Below, in pieces: positions 11,644-27,277 of a DNA stretch of 64,000 nt. The notes below the pieces were generated by a model. That model did no database searches. It saw only the letters and a program-made list of their open reading frames with translations, and was not told the origin of the DNA. Position 1 is the stretch's first letter, and every line of letters starts with the position of its first letter. The DNA is taken from the NCBI GenBank assembly GCA_050084985.1, contig JBITNC010000001.1, positions 15,996,001 to 16,060,000 of the forward strand, written 5' to 3'. The position numbers and the translations under genes are program-made. This DNA comes from Nageia nagi. Lineage: Eukaryota; Plantae; Pinophyta.

Positions 11644-14600
11644 TAAAGAAATTGGAATTTGCTACAGAATACAAGCCATAGTTTGTAGACACAAAGTACG
11701 TACTTGAATATCAAATAATGAAGGTTATCAAGCCAAAGTTTGTGGGTTCTAATTTCTTCTCATCATCTAACCATGAGAAAGAAGAGGGGATAGATCATGA
11801 GGACTTTGTTGCAATTGAAGATGTTCTGAATTGCTTAGGGACAAGAAATATGGGAAGGGAAGAATTATAATGTCACCATTTTTATGGCATTTTCCCCACT
11901 TCACCACTGGAAAGTGGGAACACTTAGCTTAGGTTTATTTTATTTAATTTTGGTGTTTTAATGGTATTCTAGCCCATTATTTGTAAGTTCCACTTGGAGG
12001 ATTAATTTATTACTCCAATTATGGGATGTTGGGCCTTTCAATGCAATTAAGAGTGATTTAATATTTTAATATGCCAATAAGCGTGTAATAAAATACCAAG
12101 GTGATTACTAATTGTAAATGCAATATTAGTCACCTATTTGGGATGTTGGGTATGAAGCCTTGATGAATGTAAATTGGCATTAATAGGTCTTAGTTATTGT
12201 TTAGCTCCCCTCTTAGTTATTTGAGGTAGAGACATATGATTGCTATGGAATAAAATTTATTATGAGGCACTGGAAGACTCCACACTTGGATGTTTGGATC
12301 ATGAGGAGGTTTAGACCATTTGATGAGAAATTGGGCATCCCAAGACACCCATGTATCACCCTTGGAGGCTCTCTAGCATGATGGCATTAATTCCTAAGCA
12401 CATGGAAGTCCCCCACAACCCAACATTGGCATTCTAGGCCCTTGGATGTGATTAGACTTATCCCAAGGCACCTCATCTTAAGCGTGAGATATAGAGAGCA
12501 CATGGATCACCCTTGGATACTGTTGGATGAGATTACATCAATCCCAGCACAAGATTAATGATAAAGCTACCTCACACTATAAAAGGAAGATTCTTGGAAG
12601 ACAATAGCATTATGTTATGAGTATGATTTCTACTTCTTGGTTTGGGCGTTGCTCTTCCTTGATTTCCACTTTGACAAAATGAGGTACCTGTTACGGGGGT
12701 GTTGACATCACCCTTGGATTAGTAGAATATTGCTAGTGGATCTCTAAGATTCCACCATAGCTATAGAGGAGGAAGCTCTGGTGCAAGCCTTGCCACTATT
12801 GAGCATAAGAGCCCTAGAGCATCAATCCTCGTTGCATGATCATTGTAATTGATGTTTCTTCCCTTATTATTCAAATACAATTACATTTGACCATTACACT
12901 ATTATTTGCTTTTCATTTCATGATATTTATCTTTATATGCTTGGACATTGGATATTTGGCATATTTGAGGATGTGATATTTAGTATTTACACTTCTTGGC
13001 TAGACGTCTCCATTTAAGTGATAATTCATTATTAATTTGCCATTTTATCTAGTCGTTGGGATCTCAAGGCACTAATTTGCATGTATAAGCTAGACGTTGA
13101 GTATCCGAAGTTCATTTGAATTGTTCTTGACATTATGGATGAGATGTTGGGTTTCTGGCATATGATTTGATCACTTGCACATGAACATTGGGTTTGTATG
13201 ATGTTAATTAATGAGATCTAGCATTTGCATAAATTCATTGGGTTATTTTGGGCATCATTGATCAGATATGAGGCATTAGAGTGTGATGTTCCTCCTCTAT
13301 GGATAATTTGATAATTTTTAATTATCATTTTGGTTTTGAATTTGAGGATTTTTTCAAAATTTGAGTGAACCTTAGTTTTGCTCATCATAGAGACCTTACT
13401 TGAATATATGCTTGTTCAAAAATTGAAATTCAATTAATAATATAAATCAAAAACTTCCAAACCAAATTTTTGGGAAATGAAACGACAAAGGGAGATCGTT
13501 TAAGTAGTCAAAACTACCAGCTCGAAATCAGAAATGTTGTAAAGCTGTCGATTTTGAAAGATAACCACTGAAACTCCGAATAAAACCAAAAAACCGTCCA
13601 ATTAAAAAACTATCAAAAATAAATGAAGTTTCAAAGAAGCACTCAACCCCAAAATGAAGAGATAAACATCACACCAAAGCAAGTGGGAGCCATGGTCGCA
13701 AAATAGGATGGTGAGGCGAGATCGCCAACAAGACATAGTCTGCGAGTACGTCACATCGAGGGTGATCTTCACGATGATGTACAAGTGAAGAAACGGCTTC
13801 AGGCAGAGAACACCAGAAGAGCACAGCGAGGGAATGTGACGTTGAAGAGGCCGCTTGAGGCAGGTGCTTGGGTGGTGGAGTCACATTGGGGTACCATGGA
13901 CGACCAATAAGGGGCCTCGGGTTCTGAGCAGCAAGCCATGAAGGGGCCACGATGGCCAAGAGATGCATGGACAAAGAGCTACACGAAACACAGAGAATGT
14001 CGTCTAAGCTAGTTGCATACGATGACCAATTTCAGATCTCACAAAATATCACCATAGTGTTGCGAGGAAGATCACTTACGCAACCCACAAACATGTCCAC
14101 CAAATCTAACTCGAATCACTGATAAAAAAAATGCAACTCCACAGACAACTACACATCCAGACATCATGCAATGTAAAATAGATCTCCTCCATGCAAATTC
14201 TCTAAAGTCTCAAAAAATGGAGGTGAGGAGGGATTTGGCACAAAGCCAACCCCCCTCACAGATTTGCTAACCAAATCTAAGAGGGTATGCCCTTTGATAC
14301 CATGTAGAAGTTGAGAATAAAATTCTATATATTACAAATGGAGAAGCCTTGATTAAATAGTCGAGGTACACAAAATACATACAAGGGATTCTTAACAAGA
14401 GTTTGTTAGAATCTTAAACAAACCAAGGAAAAAACAAAGTAAGAAAAGGATTAAAATGTAATCTGTAATATACTCTAACAATCTATCTCAAAACATGCAC
14501 AATTTGGTTCAAGTTCATCATTTGTTTGTTCTAAAAGACTAAGTTTCATCTTCTAAGATAACAAGTTATCCACAATCTACCTTTGACATATAAGTTTTAA

Positions 14601-15439
14601 ATAAATATTCTTTATACCTCCTTTTTGGAATTGATATGATCTAATTACTAGATTAAATTGTAATCCCTAAGGTACACAAAATACGTGGAGGGGATTCGTA
14701 ACAAGAGTTTGTTAGAACCTTAAACAAACTAAGAAAAAGATTAAAATGAAATTCCTATTGTACTCTAAAAATCTATCTCAAAACATGAGCATTTTAGCTT
14801 CTGCACAAGATTGACCTGAAATAAGTTTTGGGTGTTAAATCTAGCCTATATTCGATCAAGTTCATCATTTATTTACTAAGTTTCATCTTCTAAGATAACA
14901 AATTATCCACAATCTACCTTTGATATACAATTTTCAAATAAATATTCTTTATATCTCCTCTTTTGAATTGATATGATCTAATTACTAGATTTTATTTTGC
15001 ATATTACTATTAATCTATTTTCATTATTTTATTTGTGTAAAATAATCAAATAGTTTTTATAATTTCCTATATTTTCATTTTTGCATGTTCATTTTATAAT
15101 GTCTAAATACAGTTAAATGCTTGTTGGTTGATTGATTGGATTTGAGATGTGTGTTGGTGGTAATGGTTTCTCTTAATAGTCGTATTTTTTTTATTTATCG
15201 ATATCTTTTCAAAAGTTGAATATCTTATATTGTCAGTAGTATGATATATGGAGTATGCAAATTCCACCCTTTTGTATGAAGAAGGAATGTGCAAATTCCA
15301 TCTTTTTGTATGAAGATGGTTTCTTAATATAATAAAAAACCTCTTTCATTTATATATATATATATTATATAACACAAGTTAACAAATATAAAGAATACAT
15401 AAATTCGAACCTATAATCCCATGTACTCTTTTGCCAATA

Positions 15440-15993
15440 GAGATGACTAAAGCTGAAACGAACAATAAAACCAGAACCAGCTTTTATTAATGTTCATGTA
15501 TAGCATTCAAATAAACATACAAGCTCTGACTGTACACACCAAAATGAAATTACGCGTCTAGGCTTGAATGTTACATCATCGCAATACACCATGATATACA
15601 CTGTAAACTTGATTCCTTACAGCTTTGTTGTTCATCCATGTCAACAGTAACATTGGAACAAAATGGTCCTTTGAAAGCAGTCCAATGCTGTCGAACCAAC
15701 TTATGACAGTATGCCATCCACTAATGCATCATGACGTTTAAAAAGCAAAATAAAAAAAGACAATGGGTCCTATAAACTTACACACTGTAAACATACACCT
15801 TACAGCTGTTATCCATATTGTTCATGTCAACAGTAACATTCAGACAAAAATGGTCCTTTGAATGTATTCGAATGCATATGACATTGTTTGCCATCCCCCA
15901 ATGCATCATGACGGTTGAAGAAAAAATGCAATGCAATTTGGGATAACAATTACTCATGTTTACGCAATGCTTGATGCAACTATATATAGCCAT
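15440..15993 (-). ncRNA. Candidate structured ncRNA unit, copy 2
   Basis: Near-identical to 4150-4700. Confidence 0.35.
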
Positions 15994-17337
15994 AAATTAT
16001 TATTGTGACTGTCATCACTTCTCAAGTATGCCATACTTTTAACTTTTTATCAATATATTAAAGTAGAGAAAGGCAAAGCATTATTGATAGGACAAAAGTT
16101 ATTATCCTACATTAAATATTTTTAGTGATTGTAGTTCAGAAATGGGGCATATATTGTTTGAATGCCTGAAACAACTTAATAGTTGTGATGTAGTAATATA
16201 ACAATGGTTAAACACAAGAAGCAATGTCATCATAAGCAATAAGTTGATCGAAAAATTGAAGATGAGTTTGGCCATTTATTCCATGAACAGTGACTTCTAC
16301 ATTTTGCCTTTAGGAGGACTACCGCATATAGTGCTTGAGGAACAATGGTTATACACCTTGAGGGAAATCACTTCCAACTACAAAACATTAGAGATGAAGT
16401 TCAAGGTTGAAGGACGTAAAGTACAAATGCAAGGCATCAAGGATGGAGGAGGAAACAAAACTAGGAGAACCTTTGTAGCAAGAATGACGCCATTAAGAAA
16501 ATTTCATGACATACGGTTAGCCTTGATGCTAAGAAGCTTAAAAATGAAGATGAATGTGGAAAGAAGCAAGAGGGCTTAGGCTTAGTTGTTGCATTTGCAA
16601 ATTCGAATTGCTTGAGGACAATCAATTTGGGAGGGGTGGATTTATAATATTCCCAAATTTGGACATCTCACTCACTACGGCACTAGGAAGTGGGACGTGC
16701 ACCCTCATGGTGCTCTCTTAGCAATTTAGGAGTATTTTCATAGTTTTAGGACAATTTGGAAATATTTTAGTAATTTATGCAATATTTATGGGATTTTTAT
16801 ATATTTTATCCCACTTGAAGGATCTCCAACATGTGATGTTGGACTCTATGAGTCATTATTTGTTATTTTTATGTATTAATTGCATGAGCCATTTATTAAT
16901 GTCAAATAATTATTATAATTAAAATACCAAGATAATTATTTATTGTAAATGCAATATTAGTCTCCTTAAGTAAGGCATATTTCTAACCTTGATGATTGTA
17001 ATTTGGCATCTCAAGGCACTTTAATGCATCTCTATGTAATTATGCTCCCCCCTAAGCTAGATGCATCCCTAAGGGGCAAAGCACAACGATCACAAGAGGG
17101 AGATACTAATCCCTAGGCATAAGAGACTCTAAGAGGGAGGCATGGCATCAAGAAGGACAAACTGGCATTGTTAGATGTGATTTTGTGAATCCCAAGTCAT
17201 CAACATTGCAACATCTCATTCCAAGAGTTCATCTCATCCATCAAAGCCAATTGTGGTGATCCTTAGGCACATGGAATCATCTAGAGGTGGATACATGACC
17301 TGGAGACCATTTGGAGTCTACAAAAGGAGGATGAGAC

Positions 17338-20300
17338 TGTAATGTCCCCATGTTTATGGCATTTTCCCCACTTTGCCATTGGAAAATGGAAACTTTTAGC
17401 TTAGTTTTATTTTGTTTAATTTTGGTATTTTAATAGTATTTTAGCCCTCTATTTGTAAGTTCCACTTAGTATATTAATTTATTACTCCAAACATGGGATG
17501 TTGGACCTTTTAGTGCAATTAGGAGTGATTTACTATTTTTAATATGTCAATAATTATGTAATAGAATACCAAGGCAATTATTAATTGTAAATGCAATATT
17601 AATCACCTAATTTGAGACGTTACATATGAAGCCTTAATTAATGTATATTAGCATTAATAGGTCTTGGTTATTTTTTAGCTCTCCTCTTAGCTATTCAAGG
17701 TAGAGCCATATGATTCTTATGGAATAACACTTACTATGAGGCACTAGAAGACTCCCACACTTGGATGTTAGGCTTGTGATGAGGTTTTTATCATTTGATG
17801 AGCGATTGGGCAGCCCAATACACCCATGTCTCACCCTTGGAGGCTTCTAGCATGATGGTGTTGATCCCTACGCCCATGGAAGTCCTCCATAACCTAATGT
17901 TGGCATTCTAGGCCCTTGGATGTGATTTCACTTATCCCAAAGGCACCTCATCTAAAGCATGGGATATGGAAAGCACACTAATCATGCTTGGACATCGTTG
18001 CATGAGAGTACATCAATCCCAACATAAGATTAATGATGAAGCTACCTCACACTATAAAAGGAGAATTCTTGGAAGATAATAACATTATATTATGATTATG
18101 ATTTCTTCTTCTTGGTTTGGGCATTTCTCTTCCTTGATTTCCACTTCGACGAAGTGAGGTACCTATTGCGGGGTGTAGAACAAGACTTATGTGGGTACAC
18201 ACTTTGAGGAATAGTGCACCTTAGGGTTGTAACAAGGGGTGTTGGCATTACCCTTGGATTAGTAGAATATTGCTAGTGGATCTTTGAGATTCCACCACAA
18301 TTATGGAGGAGGAAGCCCTGGTGAAAGCCTTGACACTGCTAAGGATCTTAGCCTTGGAGCATCATTCTTCATTACACATTCATTGTAATTGATGTCACTT
18401 CTCTTATTATTCAAATGCAATTACATTTGGCCATTACATTGTTATTTTCTTTTCATTTCATGATATATGTCTCTGTATGATATTTAGCATATTTGAGGGT
18501 GTGATATTGAGTGTTTACACTTCTTGGCTAGACATATCCATTATAAGTGATAATTCATTGCTAATTTGTTATTCTATCTAGTCGTCGGGATCTCAAGGCA
18601 CTATTTTGCATGTATAAGCTAGATGTTGAGTATTTAAATGTAATGTCCCCATTTTTATGGTGTTTTCCCCATTTCGCCACTGTAAAATGGGAACATTTAG
18701 TTTAGGGTTATTTTACTTAATTTTGGTAATTTAATGAATATTTAGCCTTTTATTTGTAAGTTCCACTTTAACATTAGTTAATTGCTCCAATTATGGGATG
18801 TTGGGCATATTTTAGTCCTTAGGAGTTATTTTATATTATTAATTATGTCAATAATTATGTAATTTAAACTCCAAGGTAATTATTAATTATAAATGCAATA
18901 TTGGTTACCTAATTTAATGCATTGCATATATTAAGCCTTGATGATTGTAATATTGGCATTAAATGGTCCTCTTTAGCAATATTGCTCCCCTCTCTAGGTA
19001 CCTAATTTAGCGCATTGCATATATTAAGCCTTGATGATTGTAATATTGGCATTAAATGGTCCTCTTTAGCAATATTACTCCCCTCTCTAGGTATAAGATG
19101 ATACCAAAGTGATTTCACCTATCACGAGGCATAAGAAGACACCCATACTTGAACACCAAGAGGATTGGATTATTTATGGATGATATTTGGCATCCCAAGG
19201 CACCTTGGAAGACCTTAAGGCTTAACATCACACTAGGAGGCTCATAAGGTGCTTGTGTGGATCCTAGTGCACATGGGAATCCCCTAACATGAGACATTGC
19301 AACTATGAGCACTTAGATGAGATGACACTCATCCCAAGACTCTCCATCATGGATGTTGGATAGAGAAGCACATAGATCACCCTTAGACACCATTGGATGA
19401 GGTCACATCAATCCCAATGCATGATTAGAAGATGATGAAGCTACCTCTCGTTATATAAGGAGGATTCCTGGAAGACAAATGCATTTTATTATCATTATAT
19501 TTTCTTATTCTTGGTTTGGGCATTGTTCTTCCTTGATTCCATTCTTCAGAGTGAGGTACCTATAGCAGGGTGTAATATAGGACTTACATGGGCACACACT
19601 TGGGGGTTGGCATAACCCAAGTAGATGGCTAGCTATTGGAGGGGTGTTGGCATCACCGTCAAATTAATAGAACATTACTAGTGGATGTCTAAGATTCCAC
19701 CACAACTATTAAAGGAGGAAGCCCTGGTGCAAGCCTTGCCACACTATGGATCTAAGCCTTGGAACATCAATCTTTGCTACATTGTCATTGTAATTGTGCT
19801 TTACTACATTTGTTATTTCAAATACAATTACATTGGCCTTTAATCTGCTAAATTCTTTTCATTTGTCTCATCTTACTTGGATGTTAGATCTAGAGTGCAT
19901 TTTATGTTATTAATTCATGTTCTTGCTCTCCTAATCCCTATGTTGGACATTTGGCATAATTGAGGGTGCATTATTGAGTATTTACCCTTCTTGGCAAGAT
20001 GTCTACACTATGAGTGATAATTAATTGCTAATTTGTCATCTTATCTAGTTGTTGGGTTTATGAGGATTTTGTATTGAGATCTTGCCAACACTAGCTAGAC
20101 ATTGGGCATGTTGCATAATTTTGTGTATTATTGTTGAGATCTGGAGCTTTGGAGTGAAATATCCCTTTCCTAGGGCATGTTTGGTGATTCTTGCTATTAT
20201 TTGGAGTTGAAGTTAGAGGATTTGCACCAAATCCATTAAGCCAAAATTAAGGCTTATCACATTGAAGGCCATTGAAGTGTTCTTGACATTTTGGATGAGA

Positions 20301-23300
20301 CGTTGCATTTTTGGCATGTGATTTGACCACTTACACATGAACGTTGGGTTTGTATGATATTAATTGATGAGATCTTGTATGTGCATGAGTTTGTTGTGCT
20401 ATTTTGGGCATCATTGATTAGATTTGAGGCAGAGTGTGACCTCCCTCCTATAGGGATAGTTTGGCAATTTTTAATTATCGTTTTAGTTTGGAATTTGAGA
20501 TATGAGTGAGCCTTAGTTTAGCTCATCACAATTGGTATCAAAGCCCAAGATCTTTCCATCCTATTGGGTTAGATATTGAGAAAGATTTACAATGAGCCAA
20601 GATCTTTCCATCTTGTTGGGTTAGATCTTGAGGGAGTTTTTCATAGCCAAGATCTTATTGTCTTGTTGGAAGACCTTGGAAGACTTATAGTTATGGAAAG
20701 AAGTTACAGTTGTTGTGAAGAGGAGATCTCTTCGTCTTGTTGGAGAGAAATTACGAAGCTTAGATCTTACCATTGTTGTTGAGCAAAGACCTAGAGAAGG
20801 AGTTACAATGGAATTACAGTGGTAATCAAAGAATTGTAAGGAGATTCAGAAGCATCACAGTGAAATCAAAGGTTTCAAGCATCTAGATTTGAAATTTGGG
20901 TTACTCAAGGAATACATTGAGGACTTTTGCTAATTTTAGGGAGTTTTAAGGACTAAGCTAGTTTGTCGCACCTATGGAAGCATATTTTGGGTACTAGATC
21001 TCATTCCTTGGTCCCTTGGAGGATAACATTGGAGCTTTGGGTATCCAATTTGCAAATTCGGGCATCTAAAGGTAGACATTGGAGCTTTTTACACCAAATT
21101 GTAGTGTTTGAGGAGTGAATGGTGTGACGTAGGGCCTTGGTGCCTAGTTTGAACCCTTCATCACTGGATCTTGCACTTGGATCAAGATTATTCCACCCTA
21201 GAGGCACTACTTTCTAGGTTTGAGTAAATTTGAAATTTCCAAATTAATTTCAAGAATTTAAATTTTTAAGGAAAAATTTAAACTTTGCAATCATGGAGGG
21301 ATAAGATATACAAGACTTTTTAATTATTTTTAGAGGGATTTAATTTAATTTGACAAGAAAATTAAATGAGAGATAAGTCTTTTAAAATTTTGAATTTTGA
21401 AGGAAAAAGCAAGATGCAAATATGAAAAGCAAATTTCAAATATTTTGAAACACTATAAAGGATAATGTTTAAGTGGGAGTGGGAGCACAACATTTTTGAG
21501 AAGCATATTTCGCAATTAGGAGCAAAGGAGAAGTTTGTTCCACCAAGGAGACCATCATTTAGCTTGGAGAGAGGTTCGTTGTGCTTCTAGGAGGCTCATT
21601 TCCACAATTATTCCCTCCAAGAGGATTTGTCCACTCTTGGGAGGCCTATTTCGAATTTGCAAAGTTCTAAATAAGCTCGTCCTACATTGAAGACCAATTT
21701 TCCAGACGTTGAGCAACTGCTTGGTTCATGACAACATCATTGAACATTGAGGAGGATCATTCCACCTTAGAGAGCTAGTCTTGAGGTGTAGGAACCACAA
21801 AGAGATTCATTTAGCCTTATTTAACAATAGCATCTTCAGGATTGACTAGGGATGAAGCATTCCTTAGAGGCATTCCAAGAAGATACCTAGTTTGTTATTG
21901 TTGCAAGAGACCCTAAGAACCCAACCATTGTTGTGAATGCCAAGACAAGGGTTTCCACATTAGGAGGACATCAATAGTGAGGATTGACCATAAGGGAAGG
22001 GTTCATTAGAAGGAGTGCACTCGTTGAAAGGGAAGAGATTTCATGATAGAACATGGAGGTGCCAACCACATCACCACACTCATAGCAATCTCGCACACCT
22101 TGTACCAAGAATATTCAACTCTTCCACCATAGGTTAAGGAAGCACTAAGCTTTCAAGAGTTCATAGAAGTCACAAGAGCAAGGGAGGATGAAATTCACAC
22201 ACCACCTCACCAAAACCATCAAAGGAGATGATCAGAGGGATACATAGCATCAAGAGCTAGAACTTCCCCAATGCCATTGAGACGAAGAGAAGATGAGACT
22301 CTAATTTTACACAATGGAAAAAGGAGAAGCTTCCAAAGAGAGCTTTAGGGATACTGTGAAAGCTACAAAGAGAATTGGGTTCCCAACCAACAAAGACAAA
22401 ATCAACATTACCATTCAAGGATAATATCATATATAAGGATGATCGAAGGGAAACATAATAAGGCAACACACTACCGATCAATCAAAGTTAGAGTAGAAGT
22501 TGTAGGAGAAGCAATCCTTATACTGATTGATAATGGGGCAACACAAAATTTCATTGACCAAGGATTTGTAGCAAGAAAGAACCTCCCAACCAAGGTTGTC
22601 GAAGGATTGAATGTCACCAATGCAAATGGGCACTACACATTGTCTAACCGAATGTTAGACTCAAGATCAAGCTTAGTAACCACATTCTTGAGAACGAATT
22701 CTACATCTTCCCACAGGATGGGTTGTAACAGGTATTGCTTGGAGTACAGTGGATGTATCCTTTAGGAGACATCCAAACAAATTTCCAAAGGTTCGAAGTG
22801 AGTTTTTGGCTCAAGGGACAAAAGGTCATCATCAAGGGAATGAAGGATTGTTGTGGACGACACTTGACAACAACACAAGAGAAGGACAACATGCATTTTA
22901 TGGTTGCCTTCAAAAGAGCCACCCCAACAAAATAATAAAGAAATTGGAATTTGCTACAGAATACAAGCCATAGTTTGTAGACACAAACTACGGACTTGAA
23001 TATCAAATAATGGAGGTTATCAAGCCAGAGTTTGTGGGTTCTAATTTCTTCTCATCATCTAACCATGAGAAAGAAGAGGGGATAGATCATGAGGACATTG
23101 TTGCAATTGAAGATGTTCTGAATTGCTTAGGGACAAGCAATATGGGAAGTGCAGAATTATAATGTCACCATTTTTATGGCATTTTCCCCACTTCACCAGT
23201 GGAAAGTGGGAACACTTAGCTTAGGTTTGTTTTATTTAATTTTGGTTGGTATTATAGCCCATTATTTGTAAGTTCCACTTGGAGGATTAATTTATTACTC

Positions 23301-24674
23301 CAATTATGGGATGTTGGGCCTTTCAATGCAATTAAGAGTGATTTAATATTTTAATATGCCAATAAGCGTGTAATAAAATACCAAGGTGATTACTAATTGT
23401 AAATGCAATATTAGTCACCTATTTGGGATGTTGGGTATGAAGCCTTGATGAATGTAAATTGGCATTAATAGGTCTTAGTTATTGTTTAGCTCCCCTCTTA
23501 GTTATTTGAGGTAGAGACATATGATTGCTATGGAATAAAATTTATTATGAGGCACTGGAAGACTCCACACTTGGATGTTTGGATCATGAGGAGGTTTAGA
23601 CCATTTGATGAGAAATTGGGCATCCCAAGACACCCATGTATCACCCTTGGAGGCTCCTAGCATGATGGCATTAATTCCTAAGCACATGGAAGTCCCCCAC
23701 AACCCAACATTGGCATTCTAGGCCCTTGGATGTGATTAGACTTATCCCAAGGCACCTCATCTTAAGCGTGAGATATAGAGAGCACATGGATCACCCTTGG
23801 ATACTGTTGGATGAGATTACATCAATCCCAGCACAAGATTAATGATAAAGCTACCTCACACTATAAAAGGAAGATTCTTGGAAGACAATAGCATTATGTT
23901 ATGAGTATGATTTCTACTTCTTGGTTTGGGCGTTGCTCTTCCTTGATTTCCACTTTGACAAAATGAGGTACCTGTTACGGGGGTGTTGACATCACCCTTG
24001 GATTAGTAGAATATTGCTAGTGGATCTCTAAGATTCCACCATAGCTATAGAGGAGGAAGCTCTGGTGCAAGCCTTGCCACTATTGAGCATAAGAGCCCTA
24101 GAGCATCAATCCTCGTTGCATGATCATTGTAATTGATGTTTCTTCCCTTATTATTCAAATACAATTACATTTGACCATTACACTATTATTTGCTTTTCAT
24201 TTCATGATATTTATCTTTATATGCTTGGACATTGGATATTTGGCATATTTGAGGATGTGATATTTAGTATTTACACTTCTTGGCTAGACGTCTCCATTGT
24301 AAGTGATAATTCATTATTAATTTGCCATTTTATCTAGTCGTTGGGATCTCAAGGCACTAATTTGCATGTATAAGCTAGACGTTGAGTATCCGAAGTTCAT
24401 TTGAATTGTTCTTGACATTATGGATGAGATGTTGGGTTTCTGGCATATGATTTGATCACTTGCACATGAACATTGGGTTTGTATGATGTTAATTAATGAG
24501 ATCTAGCATTTGCATAAATTCATTGGGTTATTTTGGGCATCATTGATCAGATATGAGGCATTAGAGTGTGATGTTCTCCTCTTATGGATAATTTGATAAT
24601 TTTTAATTATCATTTTGGTTTTGAATTTGAGGATTTTTTCAAAATTTGAGTGAACCTTAGTTTTGCTCATCATA
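17338..24674 (+). mobile_element. Element B, unit 2 copy
   Basis: Same boundaries and GAGAC TSD. Confidence 0.85.
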
Positions 24675-26724
24675 GAGACCTTACTTGAATATATGCTTGT
24701 TCAAAAATTGAAATTCAATTAATAATATAAATCAAAAACTTCCAAACCAAATTTTTGGGAAATGAAACGACAAAGGGAGATCGTTTAAGTAGTCAAAACT
24801 ACCAGCTCGAAATCAGAAATGTTGTAAAGCTGTCGATTTTGAAAGATAACCACTGAAACTCCGAATAAAACCAAAAAAACCGTCCAGTTAAAAAACTATC
24901 AAAAATAAATGAAGTTTCAAAGAAGCACTCAACCCCAAAATGAAGAGATAAACATCACACCAAAGCAAGTGGGAGCCATGGTCGCAAAATAGGATGGTGA
25001 GGCGAGATCGCCAACAAGACATAGTCTGCGAGTACGTCACATCGAGGGTGATCTTCACGATGATGTACAAGTGAAGAAACGGCTTCAGGCAGAGAACACC
25101 AGAAGAGCACAGCGAGGGAATGTGACGTTGAAGAGGCCGCTTGAGGCAGGTGCTTGGGTGGTGGAGTCACATTGGGGTACCATGGACGACCAATAAGGGG
25201 CCTCGGGTTCTGAGCAGCAAGCCATGAAGGGGCCACGATGGCCAAGAGATGCATGGACAAAGAGCTACACGAAACACAGAGAATGTCGTCTAAGCTAGTT
25301 GCATACGATGACCAATTTCAGATCTCACAAAATATCACCATAGTGTTGCGAGGAAGATCACTTACGCAACCCACAAACATGTCCACCAAATCTAACTCGA
25401 ATCACTGATAAAAAAAATGCAACTCCACAGACAACTACACATCCAGACATCATGCAATGTAAAATAGATCTCCTCCATGCAAATTCTCTAAAGTCTCAAA
25501 AAATGGAGGTGAGGAGGGATTTGGCACAAAGCCAACCCCCCCTCACAGATTTGCTAACCAAATCTAAGAGGGTATGCCCTTTGATACCATGTAGAAGTTG
25601 AGAATAAAATTCTATATATTACAAATGGAGAAGCCTTGATTAAATAGTCGAGGTACACAAAATACATACAAGGGATTCTTAACAAGAGTTTGTTAGAATC
25701 TTAAACAAACCAAGGAAAAAACAAAGTAAGAAAAGGATTAAAATGTAATCTGTAATATACTCTAACAATCTATCTCAAAACATGCACAATTTGGTTCAAG
25801 TTCATCATTTGTTTGTTCTAAAAGACTAAGTTTCATCTTCTAAGATAACAAGTTATCCACAATCTACCTTTGACATATAAGTTTTAAATAAATATTCTTT
25901 ATACCTCCTTTTTGGAATTGATATGATCTAATTACTAGATTAAATTGTAATCCCTAAGGTACACAAAATACGTGGAGGGGATTCGTAACAAGAGTTTGTT
26001 AGAACCTTAAACAAACTAAGAAAAAGATTAAAATGAAATTCCTATTGTACTCTAAAAATCTATCTCAAAACATGAGCATTTTAGCTTCTGCACAAGATTG
26101 ACCTGAAATAAGTTTTGGGTGTTAAATCTAGCCTATATTCGATCAAGTTCATCATTTATTTACTAAGTTTCATCTTCTAAGATAACAAATTATCCACAAT
26201 CTACCTTTGATATACAATTTTCAAATAAATATTCTTTATATCTCCTCTTTTGAATTGATATGATCTAATTACTAGATTTTATTTTGCATATTACTATTAA
26301 TCTATTTTCATTATTTTATTTGTGTAAAATAATCAAATAGTTTTTATAATTTCCTATATTTTCATTTTTGCATGTTCATTTTATAATGTCTAAATACAGT
26401 TAAATGCTTGTTGGTTGATTGATTGGATTTGAGATGTGTGTTGGTGGTAATGGTTTCTCTTAATAGTCGTATTTTTTTTATTTATCGATATCTTTTCAAA
26501 AGTTGAATATCTTATATTGTCAGTAGTATGATATATGGAGTATGCAAATTCCACCCTTTTGTATGAAGAAGGAATGTGCAAATTCCATCTTTTTGTATGA
26601 AGATGGTTTCTTAATATAATAAAAAACCTCTTTCATTTATATATATATATATATAACACAAGTTAACAAATATAAAGAATACATAAATTCGAACCTATAA
26701 TCCCATGTACTCTTTTGCCAATAG

Positions 26725-27277
26725 AGATGACTAAAGCTGAAACGAACAATAAAACCAGAACCAGCTTTTATTAATGTTCATGTATAGCATTCAAATAAAC
26801 ATACAAGCTCTGACTGTACACACCAAAATGAAATTACGCGTCTAGGCTTGAATGTTACATCATCGCAATACACCATGATATACACTGTAAACTTGATTCC
26901 TTACAGCTTTGTTGTTCATCCATGTCAACAGTAACATTGGAACAAAATGGTCCTTTGAAAGCAGTCCAATGCTGTCGAATCAACTTATGACAGTATGCCA
27001 TCCACTAATGCATCATGACGTTTAAAAAGCAAAATAAAAAAAGACAATGGGTCCTATAAACTTACACACTGTAAACATACACCTTACAGCTGTTATCCAT
27101 ATTGTTCATGTCAACAGTAACATTCAGACAAAAATGGTCCTTTGAATGTATTCGAATGCATATGACATTGTTTGCCATCCCCCAATGCATCATGACGGTT
27201 GAAGAAAAAATGCAATGCAATTTGGGATAACAATTACTCATGTTTACGCAATGCTTGATGCAACTATATATAGCCAT
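26725..27277 (-). ncRNA. Candidate structured ncRNA unit, copy 3
   Basis: Near-identical to 4150-4700. Confidence 0.35.

Larger units (their letters stand above)
6045..13389 (+). mobile_element. Non-autonomous Ty3/gypsy element B with three LTR-like segments (unit 1)
   Basis: TSD GAGAC at 6040-6044 and 13390-13394. LTR segments are 6045-7344 (3' truncated), 7345-9237 (ends CATCACA) and 11866-13389. PBS TGGTATCAAAG at 9240; PPT GGGAAGGGAAGAA at ~11852. Degenerate protease, no RT or integrase. Confidence 0.85.
2131..13414 (+). repeat. Tandem segmental duplication unit 1 (~11.28 kb)
   Basis: Sequence from TTCAAAAATTGAAATTC recurs at 13415, 24700 and 44921. The ORF track repeats with ~11.29 kb offset (4485/15778/27062/47287). 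Confidence 0.97.
13415..24699 (+). repeat. Tandem segmental duplication unit 2 (~11.29 kb, no young insertion)
   Basis: Near-identical to units 1, 3 and 4. Junction reads GCTTG|TTCA|AAAATTG. Confidence 0.97.
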